From NCBI GenBank assembly GCA_041389085.1, contig JAWKSL010000002.1, positions 14,556-78,555 of the forward strand: a stretch of 64,000 nt of DNA, given 5' to 3'. How positions within the stretch are numbered: position 1 is the first letter of the stretch; each line of letters starts with the position of its first letter. The stretch comes from Minisyncoccota bacterium (GTDB taxonomy: Bacteria > Patescibacteriota > Minisyncoccia > UBA6257 > 1-14-0-10-44-23). Positions 18,949-29,698 of this stretch are shown piece after piece. The notes under the pieces were generated by a model that had not been told where the DNA came from, did no database searches, and saw nothing but the letters and a program-made list of their open reading frames with translations. The position numbers and the translations under genes are program-made.

Positions 18949-19308
18949 GTGAGTATAAATCTTATTCTTGAACTCATACTCCTTATCACTGGAGTAGCTT
19001 CTATACTTATAATTGTTCGGGCATTGCCTCGCACTTCTGAGCTTACCTCTGAAGAGCTTGCTCGATACGCTTTGAGGCCTCGCCTTAAAAAGCTCTGGGC
19101 CTGGACATTAAGCATTTCGCACGATATTTCTACGAGTGCATACAAATACTTTATGCGCGTTGTGGCCTACTTTTCAAAGCACACCCACCGCATAAGTACA
19201 TACTCTATTGCTCGTGTAGAAAAGATGAAAAGCGATAAGCGCGAAGCTATAGCGAGCGAAAAGGAGAAAGAGGAAAGTTCTGAGGTAGCCCTTGAAGATA
19301 GGGGGTAG
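18949..19308 (+). CDS. hypothetical membrane-anchored protein
   Basis: N-terminal TM helix; follows tsf on the same strand. Confidence 0.65.
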   Translation: MSINLILELILLITGVASILIIVRALPRTSELTSEELARYALRPRLKKLWAWTLSISHDISTSAYKYFMRVVAYFSKHTHRISTYSIARVEKMKSDKREAIASEKEKEESSEVALEDRG

Positions 19309-19417
19309 TTGATATACTATTTGCCATATATCTAAATGCGTAGGTAGCGCAACGTGTTCGAACGGGCTGCCAGCGAGAGTCCTTTGAACTGAATTTGCTC
19401 CTTGTACAAAACAAAAT

Positions 19418-19501
19418 GCGTAGGTACCGAAGTGGTCAAACGGGACTGGCTGTAGACCAGTTGGCTTTATGCCTTCGGGGGTTCGAATCCCTCCCTGCGC
19501 A
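19418..19501 (+). tRNA. tRNA-Tyr(GTA)
   Basis: acceptor gcgtagg/cctgcgc; anticodon loop ctgtaga; long variable arm; GTTCGAATC. Confidence 0.95.
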
Positions 19502-19633
19502 CTGCTTCGCAAAATAAATAGCAACTCTTGAAAGAGTTGCTATTTATTTTAGCTTCGCAGTGCTTTGCACAAGAGCGTCGCGAACAGTGTACTGCGTAGC
19601 CTTGGCGAAGCAGTAGTCTGTTAAAGTAGTTGT

Positions 19634-19876
19634 ATGTACTATGTTTACATTATCGAAAGCCTAAAAGATCAGACTCGATACGTCGGTCATACATCTCATA
19701 CACCCAGCAAGAGACTTGATGAGCATAATCGTGGCTTAAATGCTTACACTAAGGCTCGTGCTCCTTACAAAATTGTTTGGTATGGTGCTTTTTTAGAGAA
19801 ACAAAAAGCTAAGGCTTTCGAAGAGTACTTAAAGCATGGCTCTGGCCATGCTTTTGCGAAGAAGAGACTTGTATAG
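19634..19876 (+). CDS. small stand-alone GIY-YIG nuclease
   Basis: YYVYIIES...RYVGHT...RLDEHN...FEEYLKHGSG. Confidence 0.92.
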   Translation: MYYVYIIESLKDQTRYVGHTSHTPSKRLDEHNRGLNAYTKARAPYKIVWYGAFLEKQKAKAFEEYLKHGSGHAFAKKRLV

Positions 19877-19884
19877 GTAAATCC

Positions 19885-19998
19885 CTACCTACCGGCAGGC
19901 CTCCTTCTGCGCACTATAAAAATGAAAGTGACCCACGACGATCTCCAGAACACCTGGAGTTTTTCTCGTCGCGGGTCGTGCCCCAACCTTACGCGCAT
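19885..19998 (-). CDS. 37-aa ORF ending inside a CCTGCCGGTAGG palindrome
   Basis: SD GGAGGAG upstream; overlaps the stop of 19989..20264. Confidence 0.4.
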   Translation of the reverse strand: MRVRLGHDPRREKLQVFWRSSWVTFIFIVRRRRPAGR

Positions 19999-20264
19999 GG
20001 ATCTCCTCCTCGTTGGAAGTGCGCGATGTAGTAGTCGACAACCGTGTCGCAGTGGGCCTTGCGCTGACCCGCCTTTTCGCGCCCTGCAAGGTTCATGTCT
20101 GCGAGCTGCCTATCTACCACGTCTTGGCCGTAACCCTTCACATCGTTGACAAGGATCCAGACCACAACGCTCATGCGGTCTAGACCCATCGCAATCATCT
20201 CCTGAATGCGGTCAAGGATGAGCTTAGGGTCGATGTTCTCCCTCCCGTTTAGGTGTTGTGCCAA
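19989..20264 (-). CDS. hypothetical protein (orphan with strong SD)
   Basis: TGAAAGGAGGTG before the TTG start; own promoter-like sequence upstream. Confidence 0.65.
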   Translation of the reverse strand: MAQHLNGRENIDPKLILDRIQEMIAMGLDRMSVVVWILVNDVKGYGQDVVDRQLADMNLAGREKAGQRKAHCDTVVDYYIAHFQRGGDPCA

Positions 20265-20391
20265 TTGGCACCTCCTTTCACGGGGGTCCTATTTATAGAA
20301 ATAGCATAAATTCACGAATGTGCAAATCCTGAGCCGACTAACTGACTTGAGCATTGTATCTTTCGTTTATCCTTGTTACCATTCTTCCTAT

Positions 20392-20462
20392 GCCTGGGTA
20401 GCTTAGTGGTAAAGCAACGGTTTTGTAAACCGTGGACGGGAGTCCGATTCTCCCCCTAGGCT
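20392..20462 (+). tRNA. tRNA-Thr(TGT)
   Basis: acceptor gcctggg/cctaggc; anticodon loop tttgtaa. Confidence 0.92.
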
Positions 20463-20465
20463 CAT

Positions 20466-21254
20466 ATGTCAAAAACTTTTTACGATATGCCCGAATATCG
20501 CAAGAAGCAGAGTGCTATTACTCGATCTAGGTGGCAGTCTGGAAAGTTTGATTTTCTCCGTAAACAAGAGAAGCGCCTTTGTGTACGCAAGGATTGCTCA
20601 CAGAGCTTCGATGTAGCTCCATCTGATTTGAAAAAGTACTGTTCTTCTTCATGTGCGGCTTCGGTGAGCAATGCTCAGCGCAAAATTTCTCGTTCTACAA
20701 AGGAGAAGATCGCAAAATCTGTAAGGAAAGCGTTTTCTGGCAGGAATCACCCGCTTAAGGGGAAGCAGCTTGTTGCGCGCAAACAAGCTCAGTGCGCTAA
20801 TGAGCTTTGTGGTAAAATATTCAAGTTTGAACGCTGGAAAAAGCGTCAGTTTTGTAGCGCAGATTGCGCTATACGTGCAGTTGGCTCTCGACCAACCTCT
20901 CCTCGCGCTGCTCGTGCTAAAGCGGGCGTTCGCAAGGACTTGGGCGACGTATACTTTTTTAGTAGGTGGGAGGCAAACTATGCACGTGCTTTAAATCTTC
21001 TCGGTATAAAATGGGTTCACCAACCTAAGACCTTTTCTCTTAAGACTCAAAAATATACTCCTGACTTTTATCTACCGGAAAGTGATGAGTATGTAGAGAT
21101 TAAAAACTTTTTATCTGATTATTCGCGCAAGAGGGATAGTGAGTTTCGAGAGTTATATCCTGATCTTAAATTGACATTAATTCTTAAGGAGGATTATTTG
21201 AAGTTGCAGGACAAGCTTGCATCAAAAATTAAAACATGGGAATATAGTCGCTAA
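20466..21254 (+). CDS. free-standing homing-endonuclease-like protein (Zn fingers, NUMOD3-like segment, PD-(D/E)XK domain)
   Basis: two CxxxxC...(Y/F)CSxxC motifs; SRSTKEKIAKS; SRWEANYA...YTPDFYL...YVEIKN. Confidence 0.75.
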   Translation: MSKTFYDMPEYRKKQSAITRSRWQSGKFDFLRKQEKRLCVRKDCSQSFDVAPSDLKKYCSSSCAASVSNAQRKISRSTKEKIAKSVRKAFSGRNHPLKGKQLVARKQAQCANELCGKIFKFERWKKRQFCSADCAIRAVGSRPTSPRAARAKAGVRKDLGDVYFFSRWEANYARALNLLGIKWVHQPKTFSLKTQKYTPDFYLPESDEYVEIKNFLSDYSRKRDSEFRELYPDLKLTLILKEDYLKLQDKLASKIKTWEYSR

Positions 21255-21277
21255 GCTTTGACACTGTCAGAGTTTAT

Positions 21278-21541
21278 GCCGACGTAGCTCAGGGGTAGAG
21301 CACTTCCATGGTAACTCGCTTGAGTTTGCCCATTGGTGTCGCAAGGCACCTCTTGTATCCCGAATAACGGTTAAAGACCCATGGAGGGTTCAGACCGTGG
21401 CCTCTAATGAGGCCCGAACGACTGACAAGGGATTCCTTATTTTAATAAGGAAAAGATACAGTCTAGCCTCCCGATATTCCATGATTTAAGCGGGAGTGTA
21501 AGCGAAGGAAGGGGTCGCGAGTTCAATTCTCGCCGTCGGCT
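21278..21541 (+). tRNA. tRNA-Thr(GGT), interrupted by an intron
   Basis: exons 21278-21312 and 21505-21541 join to a canonical cloverleaf: acceptor gccgacg/cgtcggc, anticodon arm cttcc-atGGTaa-ggaag. Confidence 0.92.
21313..21504 (+). ncRNA. group I self-splicing intron (192 nt, no ORF)
   Basis: 5' exon ends in U; intron ends in G; R-like aacgactgac and S-like aagatacagtct give P7 (gactg/cagtc); P1 aactc/gagtt. Confidence 0.88.
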
Positions 21542-21626
21542 CAGCTATTGCGTTTTCTAGGGCTTTTTGGTATTGTTTGTGGCATTCAACTAGAGCCCCT
21601 CAGCGGGGCGCAATAGACCAAAGTTT

Positions 21627-21803
21627 ATGGCAGATTCAAAATTTTCAAAGAATATAGTAAAGCTACGTTGCGTAGAGTGCAATAAAACAAACTATTTCAC
21701 CCGCAAGAACAAAAAGACTGTGGAGCGCAAGCTCGAGTACAGCAAGTTTTGCAATCATAAAGACTGCAGAAAGCACACTACCCACAAAGAAGCGAAGAAA
21801 TAG
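21627..21803 (+). CDS. rpmG: 50S ribosomal protein L33 (not in the ORF track)
   Basis: VKLRCVECNKTNYFTRKNKK...LEYSKFC...CRKHTTHKE. Confidence 0.95.
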   Translation: MADSKFSKNIVKLRCVECNKTNYFTRKNKKTVERKLEYSKFCNHKDCRKHTTHKEAKK

Positions 21804-21830
21804 AGCCCTTGAAGGGCTTATTTCTTTAGG

Positions 21831-21866
21831 TTTCAACGGCTCACACATACGTGTGAGCCGTTGAAA
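21831..21866. repeat. AACGGCTCACAC palindrome family, copy 1
   Basis: tttcaacggctcacac-atac-gtgtgagccgttgaaa; same arms recur at 50817-50854. Confidence 0.85.
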
Positions 21867-21902
21867 TTAGGGGCAATTTCTGCGATAGTAGGTGAGTTCT
21901 CT

Positions 21903-21977
21903 GGGCGCATCGGTTAACTGGTAAACCAGCGGTCTCCAAAACCGCGACTGGGGGTTCGAGTCCCTCTGCGCCTGCCA
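21903..21977 (+). tRNA. tRNA-Trp(CCA)
   Basis: acceptor gggcgca/tgcgcct; loop ctccaaa; encoded CCA. Confidence 0.95.
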
Positions 21978-22494
21978 TTTGATTTTTTATTTTCGTATCG
22001 CTACTCTGCCTGTAGGCCCTAACCATTGAAAGGAGGGAATATGGAGCAGGATCTTGATCTGGCCGCTGTCAGTGACTTCCTTCTGGGTTTCGACAATTTC
22101 GAGAGGTTGTCGCAGGGGAGCTACGCTCTTGTTCGCCAAGATGGCAAGGTGGGGCTGGTTTGCATCTCTCGTTTGCAAATCATCGTTCCTGTCGAGTTCG
22201 ATTCGGTGTCTCTCCTCTTCGAGGGGCCGTACGCCCTTGTTGGCTCTGGCCGCAATCACGGCCTGTACTTTCTTGAAGCTCCCGATCTCTTGCTTGAGCT
22301 CGAGTACAGCTTTATCCGCCACGTGGTGGGCCCGCTCTTTCGCGTTCAGCAAGGGTCCTCACGGTGGGGACTCTTCAACGCAGAAGACGGAACCCTTCGG
22401 TGGAAGGAGTAGCGCGCATGCCCCCCGCTAGACTATGTTTGGCGGGGGTTTGATTTTTTATATCGGAATTCGCGTCCCTCTGCGCCTGCCATTT
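21960..22494 (+). mobile_element. single-gene islet bounded by a 21-bp duplication of the tRNA-Trp 3' end
   Basis: gtccctctgcgcctgccattt at 21960-21980 and 22474-22494. Confidence 0.8.
22041..22412 (+). CDS. WG-repeat-like beta protein
   Basis: SD AAAGGAGGG; DGKVGLV...IIVPVEFDSV and WGLFNAEDG. Confidence 0.65.
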   Translation: MEQDLDLAAVSDFLLGFDNFERLSQGSYALVRQDGKVGLVCISRLQIIVPVEFDSVSLLFEGPYALVGSGRNHGLYFLEAPDLLLELEYSFIRHVVGPLFRVQQGSSRWGLFNAEDGTLRWKE

Positions 22495-22601
22495 TTGAAA
22501 AGTGCTATAGTCTTTGATTTTTATTGACAGGAATTTACATGTATTGTTGACTTATTAAGTCGGCGTTTTGCTGGCTTGGAGGCGGCTTTGCCGTGTAGGC
22601 T

Positions 22602-22769
22602 ATGAAACCCAAGGAAACAGAGACCGAGATTGTCCAGGATGACGAGGAAGAGAGGAGTAAGGGTGCAGATACTGCACTCGATGAGCTTGGTGAGAAGCTG
22701 ATCGAAGCTGCTCGTCGCAGCGGTATCCCGATGATCTTCAACCGCGACGGCCGTAGCTTCAGCTTCTAG
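22602..22769 (+). CDS. 55-aa acidic hypothetical protein (not in the ORF track)
   Basis: MKPKETETEIVQDDEEERSK...GIPMIFNRDGRSFSF; followed by a long hairpin and a terminator. Confidence 0.5.
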   Translation: MKPKETETEIVQDDEEERSKGADTALDELGEKLIEAARRSGIPMIFNRDGRSFSF

Positions 22770-22937
22770 TGCCTCTTGCACCATCGACGGAGACGCACTG
22801 TTCACTAGCTATTGGCTTCGCACAGCATGGCGTTGAGTTCAGGATGAACTTCGATGGCTAGCTGTAAGAGGGCCTTTGCGCTTTGCGCTGAGGCCCTTCA
22901 TATTTGACAATTTTTTCATATTAAATAGACTGTGTTT

Positions 22938-23245
22938 CGTAAGTTTCGGAATAAAGAAACATCGATTGCCGCTATAATGCTTGAGGATTCACTCCTTAGG
23001 CAAGGCAGGAGCCCAAACCAGACGAGTGCCAAACACGCAGGTGTTGCTCTGTCTGGGGTTAAAGGAATGGCATATGACTGGCTGCGTACTGGTCGAGGAG
23101 TAGACTCTCGTGAGAGAGGTTGCGCCTTCTGCCATCTCCTGAGTAGGGAGATTCCTCCCGAAATTGGAGGTTTCTAACCTCCAAGGCTAAACCAAGACTT
23201 ACACCATTGGCCACCGATCCCTTAGGGGTGAGGTGGCCGCTTTAT
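22938..23245 (+). ncRNA. candidate ~300-nt structured RNA
   Basis: TTGACA 22904-22909 and TAGACT 22926-22931; closing helix gtaagttt/agacttac; several hairpins; terminator at 23209-23238. Confidence 0.5.
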
Positions 23246-23291
23246 TTATAAACAAGCTCTTTGACTTTTTGGGGGGCGAAAGATAGAGTGA

Positions 23292-23627
23292 GTGGGTTCT
23301 TGTATGGACAGTACGCAGGATAAAGCAGGACTTGAAAAAGAGCTTTTAGAACTAAAAAGGAAGCGAGACGCTCAAGTTCATAGGATTTTCTATCTTATGT
23401 TTGAGTTTGTTTTTATTTTCGGCATTCCTGGCTTTTTAGGGCTTTACCTCGGGAAGCTGCTCGATGAGCGTTTTTCTACTGGCAGAATCCTTACCCTTTC
23501 GCTCATAGCACTGGCGTTTGTACTAAGCTGGGCGATGATAATTCTCCGCTATAAGCGCGTTATGGCAGGGGTTCGTGCTACTGAAACAAGGATTGAGGAT
23601 ATAAAAAAGAAACTCGGAAATGTTTAA
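23292..23627 (+). CDS. AtpZ/AtpI-like protein
   Basis: two TM helices with GKLLDERF; first gene of the atp operon. Confidence 0.75.
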   Translation: MGSCMDSTQDKAGLEKELLELKRKRDAQVHRIFYLMFEFVFIFGIPGFLGLYLGKLLDERFSTGRILTLSLIALAFVLSWAMIILRYKRVMAGVRATETRIEDIKKKLGNV

Positions 23628-24420
23628 GGAGCTTTTTACAAAAACTGAAACCATTCCAAGCGTTTCACCAGACGTAGTTTTTAAGATTGCAGGCTGGCCA
23701 ATTTCAAACAGTGCGCTCCAGATATTTTTCATACTGATACTCGTTATTCTCTTTAACTACTTCGTTGTTCGAAGATTTAGCCTTATCCCTAAAACAAAAC
23801 TTCAACATGCTGTAGAGGGGCTTTACGAATCGATGGTCACCTTCGTAAAGCAGATCACAGGTAGCGAGCAGAAGGCAAAAGAGGTTATGCCTCTCATATT
23901 GAGCCTTTTTGTGTTTGTGGGGCTTTCAAACCTTATAAACTTCATCCCTGGGCTTACCAGCTTTACCTATAACGGGGTGCCAATATTTAGGACTCCAACG
24001 AGCGATTTTAACACTACCTTTAGTATGGCTTTGGCAGTGATTGTTTACATTCAAATCGCCGCAATTCGAAAGAGCGGGATATTTACCTATATTGGAAAAT
24101 TTGTGCAGATCAAGGAAGTATATCAAAGCTTTAAAAAGGGTATTGGAGAGGGGTTTACCTCTCTTATTGGCTTCTTTGTGGGGCTTTTGGACATCATTAG
24201 CGAGGTAGCTAAAGTTTTCTCGCTTTCTTTGCGTTTATTTGGTAATATCTACGCGGGTGAGGTGCTTCTGGTAATGATCTTTGGAGCCCTCGCTTTTGCA
24301 TTACCGAGCGTGTGGATGGGGCTTTCGCTCTTCTTTGGAGTGATACAGGCTATCGTTTTCGGAGCACTTGCTGCCGCTTACTATGCTTCTTCAGTCGATG
24401 AGACTGAGCCTGAGGCATAG
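23620..24420 (+). CDS. atpB: F0 subunit a
   Basis: RTPTSDFNTT, SLSLRLFGNIYAGE. Confidence 0.96.
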   Translation: MFKELFTKTETIPSVSPDVVFKIAGWPISNSALQIFFILILVILFNYFVVRRFSLIPKTKLQHAVEGLYESMVTFVKQITGSEQKAKEVMPLILSLFVFVGLSNLINFIPGLTSFTYNGVPIFRTPTSDFNTTFSMALAVIVYIQIAAIRKSGIFTYIGKFVQIKEVYQSFKKGIGEGFTSLIGFFVGLLDIISEVAKVFSLSLRLFGNIYAGEVLLVMIFGALAFALPSVWMGLSLFFGVIQAIVFGALAAAYYASSVDETEPEA

Positions 24421-24494
24421 CTGGCGTTTGCAATTGATTGCAGACCCTTTTTATTTCAAAAAAACGAAACAATTAAAAAAATAATTACAAACAT

Positions 24495-24710
24495 ATGGAA
24501 GTAGAAGCAGCACGACTTATTGCAAAAGGAATGATCGCACTTGCAATGCTTGCAACCGCGATCGGAGAAGGGTACATCGTAGGAAAGGCTTTGGAAGCTA
24601 TCGGACGAAACCCAGACGCTGGAAGTTCTATCTTTTCAAAGATGATTATCGGAGTTGCGATGGCGGAAAGTACCGCTATTTACGCAATGGTTCTCTTCTT
24701 TGTTATTTAG
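24495..24710 (+). CDS. atpE: F0 subunit c
   Basis: IGRNP loop; AESTAIY. Confidence 0.96.
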   Translation: MEVEAARLIAKGMIALAMLATAIGEGYIVGKALEAIGRNPDAGSSIFSKMIIGVAMAESTAIYAMVLFFVI

Positions 24711-24734
24711 TCTTAATTCACACGATCAAACGCT

Positions 24735-25232
24735 ATGAACGAAGTACTTGGGAAAATCGGATTTGATTGGCACTTAGCTATCATAAACTTTGTCAACATT
24801 TTCATTATCTTTTTAGTACTTAAAAAATGGGCGTTTGGTCCTATTGGCAAGCTCATCGAGGAGCGACGCAGTCGCGTGGAAGTGAGCCTGAGAAACGCTG
24901 AAGACGCAAAGCGAGCAAGCGAGCTTGCTGAAAAGGAGCGCGAAGACATACTTCTTGGCGCTAAAAAAGAGGCAACTTCAATTATTGAGAGAGCTTCAAA
25001 AGAAGGTGAAGGTATACTTGAGCACTCACGCGGGAAAGCCTTGCATGAGCGCGATGACATTCTTCACAAAGCATCTCTTGAGATAGCTGAAGGAAAGCGT
25101 AAAGCAGAAGGAGAGCTCAAGGAACACGCAGCAGAGCTTATATCAGCTTCAGTAAAGAAAATTCTTCGCTCTGAGGTTGATAACGATATGAACGAGAGAA
25201 TTATAAAGAAGAGTAAGCGAATCAATGCTTAA
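24735..25232 (+). CDS. atpF: F0 subunit b
   Basis: N-terminal TM followed by a long coiled coil; operon position. Confidence 0.92.
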   Translation: MNEVLGKIGFDWHLAIINFVNIFIIFLVLKKWAFGPIGKLIEERRSRVEVSLRNAEDAKRASELAEKEREDILLGAKKEATSIIERASKEGEGILEHSRGKALHERDDILHKASLEIAEGKRKAEGELKEHAAELISASVKKILRSEVDNDMNERIIKKSKRINA

Positions 25233-25605
25233 GGGAGCTGACATAGCAAAGAGCCTTAAGGCTTCTCTTGATGAGGGGCAAGATGTAAAGGCGGTATCAA
25301 AAAACTTTTTCTCTTTTGTGGAGAAGTTTAACTTGTGGCACACACTTCCTGCTGTTGTTGAGGCGCTTTCTGCAAAGACTGCTAGCGATGAAGCTGAGGT
25401 TGTAGTGGTACGGGCTTCTCATCCGCTTACTAAGACTTCAGAGTCTGATATTCGCCGTATTACCGGCGCAGGTTCTTCTACTCCAGTAGAGTACGTAAAA
25501 GACGATGAAGTTGTAGGGGGCTTTATTGCTCGCTACAAAGGGAGAGAGTTTGAGGGAAGCTTTGGTCGCGTTATTGGTTCACTTAAAAAAATGATTCAAG
25601 AATAA
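25225..25605 (+). CDS. atpH: F1 subunit delta, short
   Basis: VRASHPL...[10 protein letters not shown]; operon position. Confidence 0.85.
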   Translation: MLKGADIAKSLKASLDEGQDVKAVSKNFFSFVEKFNLWHTLPAVVEALSAKTASDEAEVVVVRASHPLTKTSESDIRRITGAGSSTPVEYVKDDEVVGGFIARYKGREFEGSFGRVIGSLKKMIQE

Positions 25606-25606
25606 T

Positions 25607-27100
25607 ATGAGCGTAGAGAAACTCGTTGCTGAGATTAAAAAGAAAATTGAAAGTGTAGATGTAGACCTTACAAACCAGGAGGTTGGTCGCGTTGTTGAGA
25701 GCTCTGACGGAATAGCGGTTATTGCAGGACTTAGCGGATGTCAGGCGAGCGAAATGCTTGAGTTTGAGGGCGGAGCAATGGGAATTGCGCTTAACTTGGA
25801 AAGTGAAAGCGTGGGAGCAATTATTCTTGGTGAGTTTAGTGCTATCAAAGAAGGCGCAAGCGTAAAACGCACAGGAAAGGTTTTGCAGGTTGGTGTTGGC
25901 GAGGGAGTACTTTCTCGCATAGTAGACCCTCTTATGAACCCGCTTGATGGAAAGGGAGGTATCGATACTGATGCTGACATGTACATTGAGAGGAAAGCTG
26001 CCGGTGTTATGGCTCGAGAAGGAGTAAATCAGCCTCTTCAGACAGGAATTAAGGCTATCGATGCTCTTACTCCAATTGGGCGAGGACAGCGTGAGCTTAT
26101 TATTGGTGACAGGCAGACAGGAAAGACTACTGTTGCTATCGACACTATCATTAACCAAAAGGGTAAGGGGATTAAATGTGTATACGTAGCTATCGGTCAA
26201 AAGAAGAGTAAGGTAGCCCGTATCGTGCGCACACTCGAAGACGCTGGTGCTATGGAATACACCACTGTTGTATTTGCGGGAAGCAGTGAGAGTGCTGCGC
26301 TTTCATATCTTGCGCCGTACACGGGGGCTGCTATCGCTGAGTACTTTATGGATAAGGGGCAGGACACCCTTGTTGTGTACGACGACTTGAGTAAGCACGC
26401 TGTGGCTTATCGAGAAATTTCTCTTCTTCTTCGCCGCCCACCAGGACGTGAAGCATATCCTGGAGACGTTTTCTACCTTCACAGCAGACTTTTGGAGCGT
26501 GCATGTCGCCGAAACTCTAACCACGGTGGTGGTTCTATGACAGCACTTCCAATTATTGAAACTCAGGCAGGAGATATTAGTGCATACATTCCAACAAACG
26601 TTATTTCTATCACTGACGGGCAAATCTTCCTTAAGACTGATTTGTTCTACAAAGGAATTCGCCCTGCTATCGACGTAGGAAACTCAGTTTCTCGTGTGGG
26701 AGGAAGCGCACAAATTAAGTCTATGAAAAAAGTTGCTGGTCCGGTAAAGCTTGGACTTGCGCAATTCCGCGAGCTTGAAAGCTTTTCTCAGTTTGCCAGC
26801 GATCTTGATGCTGACACTAAGGCAAAGCTTGATCGTGGAGTTCGTATGACTGAAGCCCTTAAGCAAGACCAGAACAAGCCGATCAACGTATCTGAGCAGG
26901 TTGCTTGGATTTACTATGTAACAAAAGGACACACTGATGCACTTGATGTTGCTGATATCGTTGCAACTGAGCAGGCGTTTTATGAATACCTTGATGCTTC
27001 TAAGAAAGACCTTCTTGCAGCTATCGCTACTGGATGGGATGAAGAGGTAGAAGGAAAGCTTGCGAAGGCTATTGAAGAATTTAAGAGTATGCGTGTTTAA
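25607..27100 (+). CDS. atpA: F1 subunit alpha
   Basis: [30 protein letters not shown]. Confidence 0.98.
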   Translation: MSVEKLVAEIKKKIESVDVDLTNQEVGRVVESSDGIAVIAGLSGCQASEMLEFEGGAMGIALNLESESVGAIILGEFSAIKEGASVKRTGKVLQVGVGEGVLSRIVDPLMNPLDGKGGIDTDADMYIERKAAGVMAREGVNQPLQTGIKAIDALTPIGRGQRELIIGDRQTGKTTVAIDTIINQKGKGIKCVYVAIGQKKSKVARIVRTLEDAGAMEYTTVVFAGSSESAALSYLAPYTGAAIAEYFMDKGQDTLVVYDDLSKHAVAYREISLLLRRPPGREAYPGDVFYLHSRLLERACRRNSNHGGGSMTALPIIETQAGDISAYIPTNVISITDGQIFLKTDLFYKGIRPAIDVGNSVSRVGGSAQIKSMKKVAGPVKLGLAQFRELESFSQFASDLDADTKAKLDRGVRMTEALKQDQNKPINVSEQVAWIYYVTKGHTDALDVADIVATEQAFYEYLDASKKDLLAAIATGWDEEVEGKLAKAIEEFKSMRV

Positions 27101-27108
27101 ACAGGGGT

Positions 27109-29419
<2,311 letters not shown>

Positions 29420-29423
29420 GCTC

Positions 29424-29660
29424 ATGAAACTAACTATCGTAAGCGTTCAAGGAGTTCAGTTTACGGGAGATGTAGAGAAATTTAGCATTTCTACAAGCTC
29501 TGGCGTCATTACAGTACTTCCGCACCACATTCCGCTCATATCTGAGCTTGTTGCTGGTACGGTACACATAACTGAGAATAAAGAAGAGAAAACTTTTGAA
29601 ATTGGAGGGGGAGTGCTTGAAATTCGCAAGGACAATAGCGCTGTAGTGCTCGCTTCGTAG
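29424..29660 (+). CDS. atpC: F1 subunit epsilon, beta-sandwich domain only
   Basis: GVITVLPHHIPLIS; 78 aa, no C-terminal helices. Confidence 0.9.
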   Translation: MKLTIVSVQGVQFTGDVEKFSISTSSGVITVLPHHIPLISELVAGTVHITENKEEKTFEIGGGVLEIRKDNSAVVLAS

Positions 29661-29698
29661 TCTGTGGTACAATAGTGGAAAAGTTAATAGGCTATTTT

